Virus record (IMG/VR): IMGVR_UViG_3300045988_132703
Direction: 5' to 3' (one strand)
Source: a virus
DNA: 64,000 nt
The notes beneath the pieces were generated by a model. The model saw only the letters and a program-made list of their open reading frames with translations. It did not search any database and had not been told where the DNA came from. This document shows positions 11,055 through 22,651 of the stretch, in pieces. Both the position numbers and the translations under genes were made by a program. Position 1 is the first letter of the stretch. Each line of letters starts with the position of its first letter.

Positions 11055-12468
11055 TAGTCTGTCCTCTCTGTTCTTAAAGTTAAATGTCCTGTTGAATAAT
11101 CAATATCTGAAATCAACGTAATTGGTTTATAGGGTGAAGTTTTATATGCTTTAGGAATTGCACTATCTCCACGACGAATACACTGAATAATAAGTTTATT
11201 TCCTCTTGTAAACCATGATTTTTCAGTAACCGTTTTTTTACCAGTTACTTCGTCTTTAATAAAAGACTGTTTATCATATTTTACAAATTGAGGTTTATAA
11301 ATTTTAACTTTTACAACTCCATACTGAGTTAATAGAGTTACAATGTTTTTCAGTTTATTTTTTTCAATTACTGTTCCTGCAATATTATGCAATTTATAAA
11401 TTGGAATTTCTTTTCCCTCTTTTGAAGTAAATATCGTTTCTGGAACTGGATCTTCTGGAAGATTAAAGAAATTATCAATTTCCCTTTCTTCAAAATCTAC
11501 TCCATCAAGTTCATGCGCACCATCATAATAACCAACGCTGTCCATTTCCCATTTAGGAATGAAACCAGAACAATATTTATTCCAAATCTCGTCAATGATT
11601 GCTTTATTTAAACTCTCTAAAACTTTAGGCTTTTTCAACCACGGACGAATTTTATCCATGTAAGCCTTATATATTTTTTCCATACGAGTTTGTTCAATCA
11701 TTGCTCCACTCTCTCCAAACTTAACTAAGTCTGGATTAAAATGTGCATTGAAAAATTCAAGAGAATAATCGTCAAGCAAATAATAAAGACCAGATTTACA
11801 ATTCTTTTTTAAGAATTTATTAAAATTATAAACTGCTGCAACATCTTGGTATTTATCTGGAATAATACCATACTTAATCAAAGTTGGCATATTAGCGAGA
11901 GTTAATTTATTTTTCGTTTCTGCAATACTTTCAATATAATTACGAAGAAGACTTTCGCGCGGGATAGAAGAAATTTTATCAAATGCTCCACATTTAATTA
12001 AATTAATAACTTGAAGTTTTGTACTTTTAACTTTCTTCAAGAAATCTTCAAAAGAATTATATGGCCGATTATCAATAATTTCATTTGCATAATCTGCACT
12101 AACTCTTGTGATACCTTTTAATCCATAAATAATTTTATGGTGCGCAACATCTGGAACAAAAGTATAATTTGAAGCATTAATGTCTGGAAGTTCAACATCG
12201 ACACCAAAATTCTTCATCTTGCCAATGGCAGAGCTAATTTTACCATATTGAACAGTTTTTGAAGATTTCTTTTTAGTATCTTCTTCATCTTCTAATTCAT
12301 CTTCAATATCATTGCCTAAAGTATAATCTTCATCTTTTGGATTATCTTCAAGACCACCACTATCAACAATTAAACAAGCCGTATCCCAATAAATTGGGTC
12401 ATAAAAATATGCCAAATTTAATTCTTGAATTGCTACTGTTGAATAAGCTATGGTATGAATAATACTAA
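11054..12468 (-). CDS. dnaE: DNA polymerase III alpha (DnaE-type), exon 4
   Basis: The junction restores GYS|FSIIHTIAYS (consensus GYGFNKSHSAAY). The exon starts after an intron-terminal G. Confidence 0.8.
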
Positions 12469-12778
12469 CTTGCCAAACATAATTTCTTATGCCATTTAAA
12501 ATGTTTTGGTCTGGACTATACCATCATCTTTAAGAAAAGATGTCCTTATTATAGTCTCTGAACGTCTATCTCAATTTAATATATTTTCTATAAAAAATAT
12601 ACTATTGGATATTTCGCTGCGTTTGATTATCCAATCTTAAACGATTTTACCTTACCGTTCCCATTACTGAACGCCGCAAATTAATTACTTAATTTGTTTG
12701 GTTGTTTAAGCTCTAAGGAGTTCCCCGCAATTTAAAGGATTTTCGATATACATCACTGTATAAAGTCGCTTAATTTTA
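12469..12778 (-). mobile_element. Group I intron (family A), ORF-less, in dnaE
   Basis: The 5' exon ends in U and the intron ends in G. Core motifs are TTAAATTGCGGGGA (P4-like), GCGTTCAGTAATGGG and ATAGTC. Stops occur in all frames. Confidence 0.7.
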
Positions 12779-13427
12779 ACGAATAACCCATCTGCTTTTC
12801 GGCTTGAGACCAAATCCAATCAATAATGTCTTTAGAAGTTCCTAATTCTTTTCCCCGTTGATACAAATTTTCTTTTAAAGATGCAATTTCTTTAAATTTC
12901 TTTTTAGCAACAGTTTTACGGACTTTATTTGCTTCATCAACATTATAATTTGTAAATGGTAACATAACCGCGCGCATAAGAGATTCTTGGCTGTCCAATA
13001 CACCACCAAATTCCTTCATAAACTCATAAAGTTTATCTTTTTCTTCAGTAGTAGCATTAAGATTATAAATATCTCTTTTTAATTTTTCTGGATGCTCTTG
13101 GTATTCAACAAATTCCTCAACAGGAGTTTTTTGTCCTTTTTCTGGCATTAATCGCATCAAACTATTTGACTGCGCAAGAGTAAGCAAATTTTTTGGTTTA
13201 ATCTGTTTCGCTGTTTGCAATCCAACAGGAGTATCAAATTGGAACAAACTAATAATTTTATTGTCGCCAACAAGCTTCCACATTTCCGGATTATCGTAGT
13301 CAATAACATCTGGATTTAGATATTTCATATAAGTAGCTTTTAAAGAACCTTGCCACTCCATTAAACCATCATTAAGAAGTAATTCCATTGTGGTACGGAT
13401 TCTATCCAAACCATCAATAGTTAAGAA
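12779..13427 (-). CDS. dnaE: DnaE-type polymerase, exon 3
   Basis: The junction gives IKYD|FLTIDGLDRI (consensus KFDFLGL). Confidence 0.75.
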
Positions 13428-13852
13428 CCTTTATACCCTCGGTTTCCCGATATTTATTAGGGGAGTAGACTATCTCTTCATCCTATTGCTAGGAGTCTCG
13501 CACTTCGATTTAAAGGGATTTCACCTACCAGAGTTTCACTGGCCCTACTTCTATTGACATTTATAAAGCTGTCTAAAGAATAGTCGTTACACCTTCTAGA
13601 TTAATCTAGCTTGGCACGGTATTACCATATTATTTAACTTAGGCTTTTACCGTTAGCCGCAAAGCGACACCCTTAAATAAGGTTCACGAGATTATAATAT
13701 ATTATTACTAATATATCAGACATTTGATATATTTAGAAATTTTAGCATATCTTGAGTTTTTCTTTCTAGAGTAATTTCTGAGTTAGTTGAAAGTAAATAC
13801 TAAACAATATTTTTAGTTCTAATATACTAATCATCCATAAATATATACCTTT
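13428..13852 (-). mobile_element. Group I intron (family C), ORF-less, in dnaE
   Basis: Its ends are near-identical to intron 14339..15125: GAAGAGATAGTCTACTCCCCTAATAAATATCGGGAAACCGAGGGTA at the 3' side and GGCTAACGGT...GGTAATACCGTGCC at the 5' side. Confidence 0.7.
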
Positions 13853-14338
13853 ATCGTACTTAATATGACCCGCGTACTCTTCATCATGTAATTCCCATTG
13901 GCTACATTTTACTCCTTTAGGACTCTTCATCGTCGCGCCAAGTTCTGTAAATTTATCGTTTGTTAAGATAATACCAGAAGCATGAACTCCACGGCGACTA
14001 ATCAATCCCTCAATGTTTTTTGCAACATTCCAAATATCTTCATGTTTGCCCATTTCTGCAATAAATTGCGGAATAGGCTGATACCCCTTTTCTTCGTCTC
14101 CGTAATAACATTGCTGTAAACTTCTAACAAAACCGCGGTCAATAGGAATTAAAGAACTAAGAAAACTTCCTAATTCTGGTTCGTATCCTAAACCACGTGC
14201 AGCAGTTTGCAATGCTGCTTTTGAAGTTTCAGTGCCAAAAGTTGCGACACTCGTTAATTCTCCGCCAATGGACTCAAAGTAACGACGAACTGCTTCAATA
14301 AATCTTTCACGCTTGGATGCCTGAGAATCAATATCGAC
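13853..14338 (-). CDS. dnaE: DnaE-type polymerase, exon 2
   Basis: Begins VDIDSQASKRERF. The junction RAELAD|VDIDS matches the palm PDxDxD motif. Confidence 0.8.
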
Positions 14339-15125
14339 CTTTAATTACCCTCGGTTTCCCGATATTTATTAGGGGAATAGACTATCTCTTCATCCTATTT
14401 CTAGGAGTCCTGCGCTTCGAACGGTGATTAAATCTGCTCTACTACTTAGTCGTTACACCACATCTATCCTATAATCTTTACAATGTCCATATTTTCTTAA
14501 AGAAGATATGCTACAGTCAAAATATTCTTTAGCATATTCTGCGGCAGCTTTCTTATTGTCGAAGATTTTTATAATAGAGTTAGTTGAAATTTGAACTAAT
14601 GCACATTTTATCTAATTGCGTGCTGGTCCCATTGTAGAATAAGAATCATATAAATTATATTTTCTATCACACCATTCAAGATTTTCTAATTTATTATTGC
14701 TTCTATTCTTATCTTTATGATTTACCTCTGGTAAATTATCTGGATTAGGAATAAAAGCTTCTGCAACAAGTCTGTGAACAGCGTAATGTTTTGCTATATT
14801 ATTTTCACATAAAGAAATATATTGATAACCAGCCATATTTGTCCAAGCAGACATTTCTTTAGGCTTTTTATATTTATATGAAATAACTCTTCCATCATCG
14901 GTTATCCCATAATCTTCGTGATTTTTAATTCTTTTTTCCATTAATTTTCACCTCTAATCAAGAAGTAAAAATTTATCAACTTTCCTCTAAGAAAAATAGA
15001 TACGGCACGGTATTATCTTTTCGGATTTCCACCGTTAGCCATTTTAAATGACACGCGATAATCAATCGCTTCACAGGATTTTCTATTATGATATTACTAT
15101 CATAAGCGGACTATGATATAAGTTA
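14339..15125 (-). mobile_element. Group I intron (family C) carrying an HNH homing endonuclease, in dnaE
   Basis: U before the 5' splice site and G at the 3' end. It shares its core with 13428..13852, and the ORF sits in a peripheral loop. Confidence 0.75.
14453..14941 (-). CDS. HNH homing endonuclease (intron-encoded)
   Basis: VHRLVAEAFIPNP...VNHKDKNRSNNKLENLEW HNH motif. Continues through the TAG at 14612 to the TAA at 14453. Confidence 0.8.
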
Positions 15126-16512
15126 ATCCGCGAGTTCTGCACGTCCTCTTGAACAAAATCTCCAATAAGGAAGTGCAGTTGGACTTTTCAATGGATCGCG
15201 CTGAATAATGTCCATCAAATATGCGCTTAACATTGAACCTACTGAACCACGCCAAGGACCGACTAAAGAGTCACCATCTGTCCAAGCAATATCAATAACT
15301 TTACGAACGGTGATAAAATAAGCACTTAAACGCTCTTGAATTTTTTCGGATACAATCCACATTTCTTGAAGTTCTTCTTCAAGTCTATCAAGATGAATTT
15401 TGTCTAAACAATCTAATTCAAGCCCTTTTTGAATAATACTATAAAGAAAGAATTTATCTTCTTCATATTCACTATTCAAATACTTATTTAAATATTCTCG
15501 TTCGCCAATGATTTTTTGTGGCTCACAGTGGATTAAATGCCAATCAAGAGGAATACGAGGAACAATTTGCTTATATGCCAAATCATATTCTTCAATCATT
15601 GAACAAACTTTATTACTATTTTCAAAAATTTGAGTAATAAAATCGTCATCAAAATAATTAAGTTTCTCTCGAATTTCCTCTGCACTCATCATATAAGTGT
15701 AAGCGTAGAAATCATCAGTCTCTCTATCTCCATCGCCAGAATTAAGAAAACTCTTATGAATTTCTCTATCCTCTTGACGTAAATAGTGGCTATCAGTCGT
15801 AACTGTGATATTAAAATGATTCTTTTTTGCAAACTGCGCAGCTAAAGTATTAAAAGTAACTTGTTCTTTACTCAGCCCAGGCTGAATTTCAATAAAGAAA
15901 TTTTCTTTACCAAAAATTTGTTCACACCAATGGCAAAAATTTAATGCTTTTTCATACTGTTGATTTAAAATCAAATAATCGAAAAAACTACCTAAGCAAG
16001 CTGTTTGTGCAACCACATGTCCAGAATTATTTCCGATAATTTCTTCAATGTCTGAATAATAAGTTGGAACACGTTCCATAAATTGATAAAAACTTCTATT
16101 CCAAGCTCTTGAAGATAATTCTCGAAGTTGTTTATTTCCTATTTTATCTTTTGCTAATAAAATAAAGTGCCAAAATTTATCTTCACCTTTAATAAAGTTT
16201 TTTGCACTTAAATTATCACGGCAAAGATAAATCTCATTTCCTAATACAAGTTTAAAATTTTTAACTTGATTAGCCCATTTATCATTTGGTTCTGTCTCTA
16301 AAATCTTTTTCGCCTTTGATTTTAAAGATTTCATGTATTTTAAAGCTTTGATATAACCGGAAACACTCTCGTGGTCAGTGATTGCTACACCCGTTAAACC
16401 CAATTCCAAAGCATAATCAATTAATTTATCTTCTTTGATAATACAATCGAGCATACGAATGTTAGACCCACTAAGAATAATGGGTATGATTATGTCCACT
16501 AAAATATCCCAT
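15126..16512 (-). CDS. dnaE: DnaE-type polymerase, exon 1 (PHP domain), with a recoding site near codon 13
   Basis: The RBS AGGTGA serves ATG 16512 (frame A: MGYFSGHNHTHYS-TAG). The rest of the PHP domain (NIRMLDCII...AITDHES) is in the +1 frame (track ORF 15123..16499). Confidence 0.75.
16464..16476 (-). other. Candidate translational bypass / +1 frameshift site (UCU UAG UGG G UCU)
   Basis: Take-off UCU (16476-74) is followed by UAG, and a matching landing UCU (16466-64) lies 10 nt downstream. The hop gives HNHTHYS|NIRMLD. Confidence 0.45.
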
Positions 16513-16584
16513 TATTTCTTAGAATCACCTCTCTTTCTAATGCTTTCAATAAAGTAATTTGATATTATTTCCATTTCTATAAAT

Positions 16585-16593
16585 ATTATATCA
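16585..16593 (-). promoter_or_regulatory. Extended -10 (TGATATAAT) upstream of dnaE
   Basis: The minus strand reads TGTGATATAATATTTATAGAAAT, sharing the conserved box downstream of the -10 seen at other promoters here. The -35 is weak. Confidence 0.35.
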
Positions 16594-16609
16594 CATTTTT
16601 GCGCAGAAA

Positions 16610-18127
16610 TCAAAACATTGCCCTACCATTTTCAAGCTCATAATCTTCTATGATAACTTGAGGAGTATAATTACCCATAAATTGATTTAAATTCATTTTA
16701 CCATAAACGGTAATTGCACCAATAGAATAAGACTGAACTTTTTGTGCAAAATCGGCATCTTTAAATTTAACAAAAGCAATCCCATCTTTTTCAATTTTAA
16801 CGGAATCTTTATTTTTGCCCATGATAAACACATCATTTTGGGTAAAAAGAATTTTATTGACAATAACTTTAGGTTCTTCAACACCTTTGCCATAAACATT
16901 TTTTATGGCGTCCAAATCAACACAAATAGATTCAATATCGCCGCAGAAATTTCCATCAAATTCAAAATCTACAAGATAGCTGTTTTCACCCAAATTGATA
17001 TTAGCCAATTTCTTATTACAGTATTTAATAAATTTATTCAAATTCTTTTCTGCAATCCCAATACCTGCCGCGCTTTCATGTCCTTCAGCATATTCGACCA
17101 ATCCACTCTTAGTACAAAAATCCTTAAAATTTGCAAGAGGACTATTTGAATTAACCCTAAAAGAACCTTTAAATACATTATCATCTGCTAAGCGAATTAC
17201 AATAGCAGGACGGTTATACATTTGACAAAGCTTCATCGCAATTAAGCCAGTTAAATTAGGATTGACATATCTTGATTCGTCGTCATCAAGGGCAACTAAA
17301 AGAACTTTGTTTTCATCTAAACATTCTTTTTCAATTTTCCCACAAAGAAATTGGACACTTTGGTCAATCATTTTATTTTGATGATTACGTGCATTAGTGG
17401 CGATTCGTGCGGCTTTATCTGCAATGACTTCTGTATCGCCAGGCTTTGCCCCACGTTTGGTAGATGGTTCAGTATCATTCGGACCGCTAATAAATGCTTT
17501 AAATAAAGTTTCTTTTTCTTCCATTGTCCCTACACGAATTACCGCATTAACGAGTGGCGCGATGAAAAAAGAAACATCTGTAGGAGTAATATCATCAATA
17601 TTTCCTATCGAGAAAGATTGTTTTAAAGCAAATCGAGTCAAACCATAATTCTTTAAATTTGTTAAACCTTGACTGATAATATATCTTGTCTCAAGATTTC
17701 TTAAATCCATCATGTCACCAACGATACCCATTGCTGCGAGATCAAGGAAATTGTCAGCGTAATTATAACCATATTTTATATCAAAATATTTAATAAATTT
17801 ATAGACAACTCCAGCACCAGATAAATCTCGGTTAGGATATTTCCCTAATTGATTATTAATAACAATCGCATTTTCGCTTTCTGCTTCACACAAGTGATGG
17901 TCAAGAATAAGAATATCAAAACCTTGTTCTTTTAATATTTTATGTTCTTCATATTGATTAGAACCTGCATCTGGAATAACAATTAACTTCGCTTCATGAG
18001 GAACTTTATCTAACTCAACACCATGCTATTTCCCAGAGTGCATAGACCAAAGAATTTGAATATTCGGTTTAATCAATTTTAAATAATTATAAAGAATAGC
18101 AGAAGATGTAACTCCATCCTGATCAGA
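16610..18127 (-). CDS. recJ: RecJ-like DHH phosphoesterase / ssDNA exonuclease, exon 2
   Basis: SDQDGVTSSAIL, ILILDHH (DHH) and GHESAAG motifs. 1 in-frame TAG at 18028-26. Confidence 0.7.
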
Positions 18128-18449
18128 CATTACTACCCCGACTTTTGTCGTATTTATTCAGCAATTGCTGAAATTTATTATACTTTCTATTTAAATAAAA
18201 AGTATAAATTTTAAGGGATTAGACTATACAATCTCTTTCGAGTCGGTATTATAGTCGTTGAACGTTTCTCTTATTTATTACTAGACTTAGAGACTTCGCT
18301 GCGTTTGATTACCCAATCTTCAATGTTTTTACCTTACCGTTCCCGTTACTGAACGCCAATATAAAATTTCTTATATATCTTGGTAATTGAAGTTCTAAGG
18401 GACTCCCCGCAATTTAACCGATTTAACGTGGACTCAGACTTTTAGGTTA
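18128..18449 (-). mobile_element. Group I intron (family A), ORF-less, in the recJ-like gene
   Basis: Splits the DxDxDG motif (VVD|SDQDG). U/G boundary rule holds. TTAAATTGCGGGGAGTCCCTTAG core. Confidence 0.7.
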
Positions 18450-18671
18450 ATCCACTACGTCATAAATAATTGAATTAGCATCTAAATGCTTCTTTAAAAG
18501 TTCCGCGCCAGCATCTATATTCTTCAAAAGAAGTGGCGAATAGAGAACTTCTTTCGAAGGTTTCAAATATTGAATCATTTCATCGTGATTCAATCCTCTT
18601 GCACGCAATAAAGTTTCGACATAAGATTCATTTGGCAAATGATTAATTTTACTATTTAATACATATTTCAT
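18450..18671 (-). CDS. recJ: RecJ-like protein, exon 1
   Basis: The track ORF ends ...IIYDVVD just before the intron. Confidence 0.7.
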
Positions 18672-19735
18672 TTAACAAAAACTCTCCTATTGAATAGTTT
18701 TTCAAATATCTCTACTCCACTATCAAAAGGAGCAGCTTTATATTCCAAAATTCCATCTGTATCAAAAATAAAAGAAAAATTAGCATAGTTCTTATATTTT
18801 TGGCACATAGAATAAAGTTTATTAAAATATACTTTTTGAGATATTTTATCATGATTCATACGGTCATAAGCCACAATTATATCAGTAACACCTAATTTAA
18901 CTAATTGCTTTACTAAAAATTTATTAAACTTATCACCGCAAGTTGCGACAACGCAATTATTATCTCCATACCAACCATCAGCAATTAAAGAACTTTTTTC
19001 ACCTTCAGCTAAAATTGCTAAATGATTCTTTTGGATAGCTTGTTTATTAAAATTTAATCCATAAAGATTATACATTAAAGGATGAGTATAAAATTTTCCT
19101 TGAATATATGCCGGCATATATTTACCACCATGATCAATTTTATATTCATCCAAATTTCTAACTCTAATCCCAATTAAATCTCCATCAATATTGTAATGAG
19201 GAATAATAATTTGATTATTAGCTTCAGAAAAAAGTATATGATATTTTTTCATACTCTTTATTGTAATTCCATCATTTATCCATTCGATAGGATAGAGTTC
19301 ATGAAAACAAGCAAGAACTTTACTATCATATATTTTATAAACAGGTTCTACATTGCCATTTACATATCGGTCACTAATGCTTTTATAAGAATCCGCGCTT
19401 TCAACTTTTTCAAAAAATACATCGGAATATTTACTAATAACATTAAAAACTGATGCGAAATCATTTGGCAAATTGCGTAGTTCAAGCATCTTTTTAACTA
19501 ACTCATAAATATCAAAGCTACCGCAATGAGTATAACAATGAAATAAATGAGTGTTAAAATAATAATATAATTTTTTACTACCGTCCTCTTGCTCAAGATT
19601 ATGGCAGATAGTTGGTAAAATCAGACAACCATTTGAAGTATTTTCTTCATAATTCAAATCTGGAATAAAATGTTGGATGATTTTTATTATATCATCTGGT
19701 TCAAGTTCCTCTTTTATTTTATCATAATCAATCAT
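18668..19735 (-). CDS. dnaG: DNA primase (DnaG-type Zn finger + Toprim)
   Basis: CHN...HCYTHCG zinc motif, AEGEKS Toprim Glu, VAYDRM. No TAG. ATGA overlaps with its neighbours. Confidence 0.7.
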   Translation of the reverse strand: MIDYDKIKEELEPDDIIKIIQHFIPDLNYEENTSNGCLILPTICHNLEQEDGSKKLYYYFNTHLFHCYTHCGSFDIYELVKKMLELRNLPNDFASVFNVISKYSDVFFEKVESADSYKSISDRYVNGNVEPVYKIYDSKVLACFHELYPIEWINDGITIKSMKKYHILFSEANNQIIIPHYNIDGDLIGIRVRNLDEYKIDHGGKYMPAYIQGKFYTHPLMYNLYGLNFNKQAIQKNHLAILAEGEKSSLIADGWYGDNNCVVATCGDKFNKFLVKQLVKLGVTDIIVAYDRMNHDKISQKVYFNKLYSMCQKYKNYANFSFIFDTDGILEYKAAPFDSGVEIFEKLFNRRVFVK

Positions 19736-20424
19736 AATAAACGAGAACTCACTTTCTTAATTTTAGGTTTCTTTTGAAAATCTATTTCGTTTTCAATATA
19801 AGTTGAACTTTCTGCGGAAGTAATAGTTAAAGGGCTGTTAAAAGGAGGCAATTCTTCTTTTGGCTCTTTAAAATCTTCTCTTGTTGCAACCACTTCTTCA
19901 TTCACTTCCATATTTTCGTTTTCTTGCTCTTCATTGCCTAAACCAATTTCAGGAGTTAATTCAGTTTCATTAGATTCTTCTACTGAATTTTTAAGTTTTT
20001 CAGTATTAACAAAATAATCAGTTTTAAATTTAATTTCTTTAAAATCTTTTATTTCTTCATAATCACCAGTCGTGATAAGAATATCTTTTTCGCGGCAAGT
20101 ACCCAAATCAAGTATTGTCCAAATTTTTACTTGATTATACCTACTACGACGATTCTTATAAACATCAATAACATGAGTAGGCATTGGCAAACCAAGAGAT
20201 TCAATTAATGGAGAAATAGTTGCTTTCTCTTCATCACTAATTCTAACCATGATACAACCAACATCAGCTTTATCTGCCACGGCTTTTGAAGAACGAATAA
20301 AACTTTGATCACGCACTCCTCGACCATTTTTAAAATCGCCACTTAACTGAGTTGAACTTGACATAAAAATATGAAGTTCAGTAGCTAAATCTTTTAAAGC
20401 AGTTGATAGCAAGAAAAGTTGAAC
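19732..20424 (-). CDS. dnaB: Replicative helicase DnaB-like, exon 2
   Basis: The junction LRED|VQLFLLSTALKDLATEL matches the DnaB SRxLKxLAKEL region. Confidence 0.7.
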   Translation of the reverse strand, partial: VQLFLLSTALKDLATELHIFMSSSTQLSGDFKNGRGVRDQSFIRSSKAVADKADVGCIMVRISDEEKATISPLIESLGLPMPTHVIDVYKNRRSRYNQVKIWTILDLGTCREKDILITTGDYEEIKDFKEIKFKTDYFVNTEKLKNSVEESNETELTPEIGLGNEEQENENMEVNEEVVATREDFKEPKEELPPFNSPLTITSAESSTYIENEIDFQKKPKIKKVSSRLL

Positions 20425-20663
20425 CGTTTAATCCAATGTTTCCATTGGCACTGACTATCTCTTAACTGTATTAAAACAGCTATACCCATTTCGATTAGCG
20501 TATCAATAGTTAATCTACTTCCTCTTGACAAGGAATAGTCGATACAGGATTTTATTCCCACGGGATTGCCCACAACTTTGCTTGTTTGGGTTTCCCCGTT
20601 AGCCATTTACATGACCCCGCTGATTAACGGAAAAGGTATATAAGAGGACATTCGTTTACACAT
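20425..20663 (-). mobile_element. Group I intron (family B), ORF-less, in dnaB
   Basis: Shares GGCTAACGGGGAAACC, CCCGTGGGAAT, CCTGTATCGACTAT and GATAGTCAGTGCC blocks with introns 27535..27861 and 29381..29612. Confidence 0.65.
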
Positions 20664-21758
20664 ATCCTCGCGCAGATTATTTGATTTAAATTCAGTCAAA
20701 AGTCCTGGACTTGAAAAAATATAATCATAAAAAACATACTCTATCTAATCAACTTGCTTATGATTTCTTACACAAGCTTCAATTTGATTAATAGACGGGT
20801 CTGGAATTTTATCCAAAATAAAATTATCGTTAAAACATTCAATTACATCAAGTGCTTCATCAATAATTTTTTCTTCGAGAAAATTACATTCCGCATTTAA
20901 AATTTTATCTTCATTAACACCAGATACATTTGCCAATAGCATTGTTTGGACTTCATCTCTATCCAACTCTGTTGTAATAAATAAAATTTTATTATTTAAT
21001 CCAGTATCAACCCAACATTCTTTATGCCAATCGTAATATTTAGGGATTGCTAATCTACAAGCATCTCCTACCGCAAGACGTGTTTTGCCTACGCCACTTC
21101 CTGCACTTCGAATATAATATTTACCTAATCTTGCGCCAGATACAACTGTATTATAAATAGAACCAGATAAAGGTTGCCCAATTTCTGGTTTCTTTTTTAA
21201 AGATTGTACTAACTCGCGCAAACCAACAGAAGCACCGGCGGAAGTATTCAAATCACTGGTATTATATTCTTTTTCTACTATTGATAAACGTTTTTTAACT
21301 TCATCAAAAATTGTAGAAATATCCGCCTGCTCAAAACGTTCTTGAGTTTCTTTGTAATTTGCAGCTAAAGGATTATCGCAATAAAAATAACTTATATCGA
21401 AGCCGCTCTTTTTAAGAGAACGGAGCAAAGAGTATTTTTTTAAACGATTATAATAATAATCAAAAGTATCTAGATTACTTAATCCTTCGCAGTCTTTAAT
21501 ATATTCAAGTCCATTGCGCTTTTCATATTCACTTTTTATTTCTTGGCGCTCTTGAAAGAAATTATCTAAATCGACAACACTAATCGTTCTCGCGCCAGAA
21601 GCATAAAAATTCTGAATTGCTTGATAAATATACCTATTCAACAAATCATCAAAATCTGTAAAATTTATATCGTATCTATCTGCTTGAGAAAGGATTGTCG
21701 TGTTTTTCATTAAGCATCCAATAACTTGCATCATTGAATTCTTATCAGACAATGGCAT
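20664..21758 (-). CDS. dnaB: DnaB-like helicase, exon 1
   Basis: Walker A GSGVGKTR. Reads through the TAG at 20747-45 into IEYVFYDYI (Walker B region). Confidence 0.75.
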
Positions 21759-21762
21759 TTAA

Positions 21763-22551
21763 TCACTCCAAATCTTTATAAAGTTCTGGGTTCGAAAAAC
21801 TTAAATCCCATCCATGAATACTTGCAATTCGTTGCTTCTTTTCATCTTCTGTTTCTACTTTCTTTTCTTTTGAAAAATCAATATCTACAATTTTAGAACC
21901 CATTTTAAAAGTAGCTGGGTTTATTTTTTGAGACGACTTTTCTATTGATTTAAAATATTCATTGGCATCTTCATAAATATATGGAACAATACCAATACCG
22001 CCATTAGCTTTTTCAATACTTTTATTTTTTACAATATACCAATAATTAAGAGCATTGTAAATGTCTTCATTGGTAAGTCCTTGCTTTATAAAAGTTATTC
22101 TTTGACGTTCTATTTTTTGGAAATCATATTTGCCAAAAGCAACTTTTAAAACACTATAAAGTTTATCAATCCATTGATCGTCTGCGCTAAAGTATTTTTC
22201 GTAACACTCTTTGTGCGCCCAACGAGTACCTACTCCAACCAAACAAGCATCATCAGTGTCTAAATCAATCATTTTATTACAGTATAAGCATTTTTTTGTT
22301 TTTGCCTTTTGCTCTGTAACAGTTCTACCATTTTTTTCAGCTTCTTCTTTTATCTTTTTAGCTGTTTTTAAACGATTAAATTCAGTAACTGGCATCCAAT
22401 TATATTGCTCGCCACAGTGTTGATGCGCATAACGGCGTGGATTTAGTTCTGTGCTGCCAAGCTCTTTAAGAGGACGTCCGTAAGGCTCAGTATTTCTATC
22501 AATAGGAAGTTCACAATAACAGCATTTTACAGGAGCTAATTTTCTTGCCAT
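21763..22551 (-). CDS. Replication-module Zn-ribbon protein (function unknown)
   Basis: Track ORF with two CxxC...H/C clusters. Sits upstream of dnaB. Confidence 0.4.
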   Translation of the reverse strand: MARKLAPVKCCYCELPIDRNTEPYGRPLKELGSTELNPRRYAHQHCGEQYNWMPVTEFNRLKTAKKIKEEAEKNGRTVTEQKAKTKKCLYCNKMIDLDTDDACLVGVGTRWAHKECYEKYFSADDQWIDKLYSVLKVAFGKYDFQKIERQRITFIKQGLTNEDIYNALNYWYIVKNKSIEKANGGIGIVPYIYEDANEYFKSIEKSSQKINPATFKMGSKIVDIDFSKEKKVETEDEKKQRIASIHGWDLSFSNPELYKDLE

Positions 22552-22583
22552 AATTTATTCCTCTCATATTTTCTTCTATAAAT

Positions 22584-22612
22584 ATTATATCATAACTAAA
22601 AACTTTTGTCAA
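22584..22612 (-). promoter_or_regulatory. Consensus sigma70-like promoter
   Basis: Minus strand reads TTGACA (22612-07), 17-nt spacer, TATAAT (22589-84), then ATTTATAGAAG. Confidence 0.6.
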
Positions 22613-22641
22613 TAAAAAAGGAGAGAACTTGCGTTCTCCCC
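22611..22641 (-). terminator. Rho-independent terminator
   Basis: Minus strand reads GGGGAGAAC-GCAA-GTTCTCTCC followed by a U-run. Confidence 0.55.
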
Positions 22642-22651
22642 AGTAATCTAT

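Noticed and set aside
20394-20606. Short track ORFs inside ORF-less introns as degenerate homing endonucleases (20394..20606, 27516..27764, 28760..28972, 12420-12750 region).
   Set aside because: They have no HNH, LAGLIDADG or GIY-YIG motifs and overlap the conserved ribozyme core blocks. 28760..28972 is an alternative frame of topoisomerase B exon 4.
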